The notes under the pieces are model-generated. The model saw only the letters and a list, made by a program, of their open reading frames with translations, was not told the origin of the DNA and made no database searches. Of a stretch of 64,000 nucleotides of DNA, positions 55,835-64,000 are shown in pieces. Both the position numbers and the translations under genes were made by a program. Within the stretch, counting starts at the first letter, position 1. Every line of letters begins with the position of its first letter. This DNA comes from the human T2T-CHM13v2.0 reference genome, Homo sapiens. The DNA is taken from the NCBI RefSeq assembly GCF_009914755.1, contig NC_060934.1, one strand, 5' to 3'.

Positions 55835-57600
55835 CTTATATATGCTATTAACATTTTAGAGGATATTTTGAAATCTATATTTTAATCAAAGATCCAGAAA
55901 CATTTTCCGTTTTTCCTTTGTCTTTCCTCTGTCTGGTAGCAGACCTGATGACAGTGAAAGGTAGGTTTAGGTTTTGGCACATTACTGCCCAAATAGCAAC
56001 CCCGAATAACTGAACAACCTACCTGGAAAATCTGCTGTGGCTATTTGACAATATTTTGCTTTTGAATAATGAAGAAAAAATAACTAATCTTAAGGTTTTA
56101 TGGAATCTCGCATTATTAAAGGCCTTCTGGACAGTCACTCAAGTTTACTTTGCAAGTTAATACAAATATTGCAAAAATACCATTTGACAAAGAAATTTCA
56201 AAAATCATTGGAAATGAATATTATCAGCCAACTCAGTGAATACTTGTCAGTGTAAGACAGGTAGAATTTTTTTTTTATTTTTAAGTTAACACATTATGTC
56301 AAACACAGCATATTGCCGGTAGGTCAAAGATTATAAAAGCCTAGAAAAAAAATAACAACTGTAACCTGAATAAAGATGTTTTTCCAAACCACTCCCATAA
56401 TGACTAACATCACTATCTAGGAAAATTAACCTCACACTGGAAGACTGAAAGCAAAAGATTTCCAATATTTTTCTGAACAAGAATTTGAACCTTGTGCCTT
56501 GAAGATTTAGTTATATAAAATGGTAGAAAACCATGCTTTCCTAATTTAATGATACTAAAAGTTCTTGCCACTTCTCTTCTTTACACCATCCTAACATCAA
56601 AAGAACAAAAAATGATTTTTTACTTGTATTACTGTATGTTAAGTATGTTTGTGTTAATAACAGAAACCCTCTTATTTCATGAATTGTTGCATAATCTTTT
56701 CTTCAGAGGCTTTATTTTAGTTTGTAGCTCAAAACTAATGACAAAATCATTTTGAGTGCTCTTTTTATACCTTTCCAAATTGTTTTGAATATAATTGCTG
56801 TTAGAAATATTAATGCATTGTGATGACTTTATGGCAGTTTTTTTCTATGATCTTTGCAGTATTGCCATAAGCTAGATGATGAGGAACAATATGAAATCTG
56901 ATATTGATTTGCAAGACAGGTCCACAAAACATCCCCATTCTAAAAAAATAAATGTCTACCTACTTTCAAGGAGAAGACATAAATTCTAGAATATCAAAGG
57001 ACATATAAGAGTTTTAAAAGTTTATGCATAATTAGAGTCAGTTTTATCATAACTTGCCTTTACCCACATTTGGATGAAACAGATTCTTATACTATATTTT
57101 ATTCACTCATTCATTGTTCATTCATAAAACACTGTTGACTATCAACTAAGTATTGTGGGGAATGAAAAACAAAAATAGGCTTTTGCCTTAAAGAAGATCC
57201 CAGAAAAGCATGGAGACATAAAGAGATGGTGCCATATTAATATCACAAATAATTCATAGAAGAGGTGATCATTTCAAAGTTGAGGTGAGGTAGAAGGACA
57301 TTTGAAGGTGGAGGAGAGAATAGATAGGGAACCTATGCAAAAGAGTCATGTAGTAGGAGGTATGAAGACAGTTGCAGGCAGAGTTAGTCACTGCTTTGTT
57401 TTTTATGTATGTGTATTTTTAAGGAGTATTATCCTAAAGTCATTCAAAGAGTTGTATGCCTTGTGGTGTTTGGAAAGGTAGCTAGTATCAAGTTTGGGGA
57501 ATGATACCTTATTTGAAGTAATAGTATTAAGTTGAAGAATTATCTGTATTCATATTTGATAGAATCACTGACTCTACCTGGTTGTCAAATTTAAGCGTAG

Positions 57601-57950
<350 letters not shown>

Positions 57951-58549
57951 TGATTTTCATATCATTTTTAATTCCATGGTTTGTTTTATAAGAGATTTTG
58001 AATAGCAAAACAGTTATTATGTACAACAAATAAGATAGTAACATCTCTTTAATTTTTAAATTTTCTTCACAACAATGTTTATGGCAGTATGATTATAATC
58101 TATTGTATTATGATCAATTTGTTCTTTTGGCTTTATTGTTCTGCTGAATAATTGGCATAGCAGATTAGTTATAAAACAGACACATCTGCTATATGGCTTC
58201 TTATGGGTATACAAAATGTTAAGCTTCATTTTATATAAAACACAATCCTGGAAAATCTATTAATTTTCAAATTTTCTTAAGAAAATACGATACAGTTTTT
58301 CCTAATTTTCAGGATGAGTTTTTATCATTCTTAGTCACAAATGGTGGAAGGCAGTTCCAAATCTAAATTCATTTTACCACAATAATGACAGTTTCCAACT
58401 GTCTCATAAATTTGCAAAACATTTGTTAAAAGGGAGACTAGTAGAGCAAAATGTGTCACTGTTGCTGAAGAAAATGGGCCTGTGGTAATTAGTGTGCCGT
58501 CTTCTGAGACAAAAATAGTGCTTGAAATTTAACATTATAATTGTACCAA

Positions 58550-58885
58550 TTAGCAGTTATTGAGTGCTCACAATGTGCCAGCCTCTGTGTGGAACAGCCC
58601 AAGTGTGTTATCTCTTTAGTCTCAACCTTATGACTTAAAGATACTATTGCTATTCCCATTTTATGGAGAGAAAGAATGAGTGAAAGGTCTCAGTAATTAG
58701 ATTATGATCCAATTGCTGGTAAGTTCAACAGCTGGGATTTAAAACAGGTCCTCTAAGGTATAGGCGTAGTGTAGGTACTGTTATTATTTATAGATGAAAA
58801 AAATTGAGGCTTAGAGAGGTCTAAATAATTTGGTTAAGCTCAAACAGCTAAAAAGTGGAGAAACTGGTATTTAAAAGTAGGACAA
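58550..58885 (-). mobile_element. MIR fragments (two)
   Basis: ttattgagtgctcacaatgtgccag; ttgaggcttagagaggtctaaataattt. Confidence 0.7.
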
Positions 58886-60176
58886 TTGTTAAGAATTAGG
58901 GGAGGAGGGCAGAAATTAGTTGCAAAGATAATCACGATTTACTCCATTTGATTATTTTAGGGCTATCACACTAAAGCAAGAGTGCTACGAGGGAAAATGA
59001 TGTTCTCTTCCTAAATTTCACAGTAAGAACATTTGCATTAGTCTCCCAAAGGCAGAAACTCAGCTGTTTCAGCAAGGACTCTCTAACTAGTCTTCTACTA
59101 GGTGACACAGAATAAATTTATTTGTCTAATTCTTTATTTGTAACTTTACTGACACACTATATTGTGCCCTAATTATTTCCATTTTACCAGATTTGCTTTA
59201 CAAACTATAGTAGTAAAGTCCTGGGCAAGAAGAATATTTTTCTTGTTCTTTATATAAAGTAATTTAGTAGACATTCAGTTCTTAAAAACTGATAGAAACA
59301 CAAAGCTCAGGAAACAAACTAGAATTTTTAAATATACTTTCGCATTCTACAAATTTAAAAATTGAACAAAAGTATCAGTCACTGATTTTTTTATGAGTTT
59401 TTGGGAGTCACAATAATAGATTACAGTCCATGGAACTCTATTTTTTGTCAACGATTGTGAGTTTGGAATATTTGTTGATTTATATTACAATATGTGATAT
59501 TGAGTATTCATTAATTCTATTTTGTAGGCCTTATACTTTTAGATATAAGGAAAAGGCAAGATGAGGAAAAAGAAGCTGTTCATTTTGTCTAGCAATCACT
59601 TGTCATATGAGATGCTGTTTATATGCTGAGGAGAACAAATACAAATGGAGATAATGGATAATACAAATCTTAGAAAATTGTGTTCAAACACAAAGTGGAA
59701 TTTACAGTTTTCTCAAGACTTTTTGTACATGAGTATAGGAAGTGTAGATTGTATATTTGTGTGTGTTGTCTGGGCATGTTGGTGTGTGTGTTTTTACCAA
59801 AGACGAAGAACCTGGTGTCTTCTGCATTTACTATCCCTTAGCATTTGAGATAACATTATGTTTGCATTTTGCATAGACATACTATTCAGATCAATTTCCC
59901 ATTCCTATTGAGAGAGGCATAAACCAGATTCTATTTGCCAGGAGCTGTATTTTTAATAATATAATTTTGAAGTTATATTAAAGTGAATAATTTGATAATT
60001 CAGATCACATTCACTTTTTACTTTGAATATGTATTTTTAAAATGAATTTGTTACTTCAAAAAAATGTGATCTACAAACTTAAATTGTTACTTATTAACAG
60101 TTGCATTATTTCTATCCCATATTGTCATGTGAATGTTCTCTTTTTAATAATAAAAACCAGGTATTAAAACAAACAT

Positions 60177-60214
60177 TTTAAATAATAAACTGTCATGACA
60201 GTTTATTATTTAAA
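60177..60214. repeat. Perfect 38-bp palindrome
   Basis: tttaaataataaactgtca|tgacagtttattatttaaa. Confidence 0.97.
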
Positions 60215-61342
60215 CTTCTGCTTAAATAAATAAACTTGTGTTTAAATAATTTGGCCTGTGTTCCTTTATCATCTACAAGGGAATTTTATGAATCTTCACT
60301 CACAGGACTACATCCATTTACATTCAAAGACTAGTAGTTAACATTTTAAGTAAATGACAGAGAATCTTTAAAAATATCTGTGAATAATAAAGCCATTCAT
60401 TGTGTTCAAGGATTTTGCCTTTCTTCAATAATACAATTTTCTTCTCATTTTAAAGAGTATTTAATTGCATCACACGTCCTATTTTAATATTTAATAAAAT
60501 TTTATTAGCTGTATAGAATGAGAAGGGCAAGAATTGCAATATCTAGTGCTGGTCATCAATTTTTTTATCATGACTTAATGAATATCATAATTACAAGGAG
60601 AGGCAAAAAGATAAATTAGCTTAGTAGTTGGTTGGGACTTGCTAGTTTATTGGTTTTAGCCTGGGCACAGCCCAGAATAGTCACAAAGAGAAAGAAACAA
60701 GTATCTGGGGGTGCTGTAGAAGTCCTTGCACACGATTTCTGCACCTTACTAATCATGCCTCATTTTGAATGATAAACAGAGGCTTTGAACAAAATTATAA
60801 ACACTGCCAATAATAATTCCTTCTGGTTCCATAGCAGTTCACAGGGGATTCTGATGACTTACAAAACTTAGTCTTGGCAGGTATATGTTCCTTTAATTTC
60901 TATTAATTCATTTTGACAACTTTTCATTATCTTTTCTTAAATATTTTTACTGTTTTTTTTTTCTTTTTCAGCTAAGACAAAAATCTGAGTTATTTTGAGT
61001 AGGAAAATTTGGCATAGCCATCACTGTAATAACACTTTTTACTCAAGTAGCACCTCTCACCCGAGGCTTTCAGAGTGCTTTTGAGTACATTGTATTAGGC
61101 CTGCAGGATGGAGGTCAGGGGAAAAGTTATTTGTAGGCACCGTACATTTAAAGCTTCTGTGGACATACAGCCAAGGCCACGGGGAGAAAGTAATTTTCAT
61201 CTTTAGTATTCTAGATATGGATATCTGTATAAAATGATTCCTAACTTTTCAATGCCATTTGTTAAAAGAGGGAACCAGATATTGTTGAATTTCATGTGCT
61301 TTTAAACCTATTTTAAGATAAATCATTTTTAACCCCCTCCAG

Positions 61343-61450
61343 CAACTGCTTCGAGAACGACAGCAGATGGCCAGCCGTCCCTTTGCTTCTGTTGATGTAG
61401 CTCTGGAAGTGGGAGCTGAACAAACAGAGTTTCTGCGAGGGCCATTAGAG
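61343..61450 (+). CDS. ATRNL1: Internal coding exon of attractin-like 1 (cytoplasmic tail; probably the third-from-last exon, exon 27 by my recollection)
   Basis: Acceptor ttttaaccccctccAG|, donor |GTagga. 108 nt, open in phase 0: QLLRERQQMASRPFASVDVALEVGAEQTEFLRGPLE, recognised as the ATRNL1 tail with the ATRN/ATRNL1/MEGF8 MASRPF motif. CpG-containing, GC-richer than the flanks. Confidence 0.96.
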
Positions 61451-62088
61451 GTAGGAACAGCGGTGCTGAAAGAGGACCACTGTGCTTTGCATATGTATTA
61501 TATTGCTTCTCTAATCTACATCTGCTTATGAAGCCAAACAGAGTCTGATTATCTACAGTTGACAAGATTCAGCTACATATGTTATGCCATTTTCAAGGCA
61601 CATAGTTTTAATAGTATGACATGAGCTGTAACCAAAGCCACTGGAGAATCTATTAGCCTAGGCAGGAGTGACAGACTGCTCACCTGGCAGCCTTTCTCTG
61701 ACAGAGGAGCTGAGGGAATTTAAGATATAGGTATGATCGAAGAAACAAAGCGCCTATATTTAGTCTTTGGAGTACTCTGTGCACCAAGTTAACAATTCAC
61801 ATCTATCTTTATTAACAAAGTTTACTTAGAAAAGGTACGAGTGGAGATGAGTTGCATTTTAATTACATAGCTTCATTTTTGAATGTTGAAAAGTGAATGT
61901 TTCTCACATATAAAATGAATATTTTTATTTGTGGTTAATTGCTGTATTATTACATTCCTTTATTGCAAAGGCAGAAATAGAGTATGATGAAACAGAAATC
62001 ATTATATGCAACTAAATATGGTATTAGAATCCAAAAGTAATACATGAAGTGGTTTCTGAAAATAATAATCCCTAAAGATGCAAAATTC

Positions 62089-62429
<341 letters not shown>

Positions 62430-63585
62430 TCACAAATTATGATTAGTGACTATTCAAAGCATTATGATGCATACTAATTTAATTGTATGTTTATTACTTT
62501 TATTTACTTTTATATGTGGTAAGATATATTTAAGTAGAAAGGTTAAGAAACTCTAGAATTGAAACATTTTATTCTCTTTTTTAAAAATGTCTTTATTTGA
62601 CTAATTTTATGTTGCCATTTTCAGATTTTACTTTTTGTCAAGGAAAATAAAGAATGGAAAAATAGAATCATTCAAAAACCTAGGTATACATATAATAGAT
62701 TCTGTCTGTAGCATTTTTGTTTTTTCTGAAAAAATAAGACAAAATCACAACTCATGGATGCTACTCAAAGGGTCAGTTTTTAGAGGAAATGAAATATTGG
62801 GTGCATGTTTCCCTATGATTTTTAAGACATTTTGTGTACTTGATTTTTTACTACTCTAGATCACAGGTTACCATGGAAGCTTAGAACATCAGGAAATTTG
62901 TGTGTATATCTTCTATTTGTTGGGGAAAAAATAACAAAAAAGAATGATTAAATGAAAGTTACAGCAAGTGCTCTAATTTCATTTTGGTTCCTTGTTTCAA
63001 ATAACTTTTATAAAAAACTTTCACACACAGAAAACTTAGACTATTTTTGGACTATTATAAATTCTTTTTATCCCCATCTGTTTAAAACATTCTTAAATAC
63101 TGCTAAAAATCGAGTAACAAGAGAAAAAAAATGTAAGTAATGCACACATAGACTAAAGAAGAAAAGAAATAAAGAACTAGAAAATTCACAAACTCAAGGA
63201 ACAAATATGACACAGACATATGTCACCATAGTTTGTCAGTTGCACGTTAATAGTGTTCAATAATGTATTGTTAGGTACCCATGTGTTCATAATCATCATA
63301 TCTTCATGTTTTATTTTTTCCAAATGTTGGTTCTTTCTTTATCATTGTGAATTTTTAACCTTAAATTGTATTTTGTAGAGTTAAAAAATGTCTAGCCCTA
63401 CTTTCTTTTAGTCCATATTTTCTGATATTCCTTATTTCATTTGCAATTTCGCTATATCCTTTTGTTTTACAACTATACTTTCTGGAAAAAACTGTTAGCT
63501 TTTTTATTTTTTCATTTACTCTGTTTTTTATTGATGTTAACACTGACATTAACTACTGTTCTACCAAGGCTTATTTCAGCTACCC

Positions 63586-63590
<5 letters not shown>

Positions 63591-63627
<37 letters not shown>
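63591..63627 (+). repeat. (TG)n
   Basis: About 18 perfect units. Confidence 0.97.
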
Positions 63628-63628
<1 letters not shown>

Positions 63629-64000
63629 GTTACTAGCCTTGCTTCTTTTTGTTTTTTTTTCCCAGCTTCTGTCCATAAACTGATTTTCATCTACTAAACA
63701 GAATATTGCATATTCTATTTTTATGTTGCTTATAGCTACCCTTTCCTTATCAAGATTCATAGTGATTTTTCCCTAGCTATGCTTTAATCTTATTAAAACA
63801 TATTCCTCCATTGCCCATCTCAAATAAAATTAATACTTTAGCATGCTCTCAACTTCCCTCTGTTTCTCCTTCCATATGTTAATACCACCTGGAATTTTTA
63901 TCAAAACGTTATGGATGTACTTCTTTCTTTATTATGGCCTATGTAAAGAACAATGAACTTTATTTGTTCTCCTTTACTTTTGATATCTAGTTGTTTGCTC

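Noticed and set aside
61329-61565. Minus-strand 78-aa ORF
   Set aside because: Antisense shadow of the real + strand ATRNL1 exon

Overview
AT-rich primate (human-like) nuclear DNA, almost entirely intronic, from the 3' part of ATRNL1 (attractin-like 1, + strand). The one coding exon I can support is 61343-61450 (108 nt, phase 0/0, AG/GT bounded). It encodes QLLRERQQMASRPFASVDVALEVGAEQTEFLRGPLE, the membrane-proximal cytoplasmic segment carrying the MASRPFA motif. The supplied ORF track misses it and calls an antisense ORF instead. The rest is intron filled with transposon fossils (Alus, nested L1s including a twin-primed 5'-inverted copy, THE1A/THE1D/MLT1/MER48/LTR33-like LTRs, MER3/MER1B/Tigger3, MIR, L2) and microsatellites. 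I find no evidence of a new multi-gene system. The best leads are splicing-level: a skippable in-frame exon bracketed by inverted Alus, and a candidate stop-containing cryptic exon. Other leads are a 38-bp perfect palindrome, a locally templated insertion, a ~150-bp dispersed duplication and a CTCF-like motif. Repeat subfamily names and the gene identity come from remembered sequences, not from a database search.
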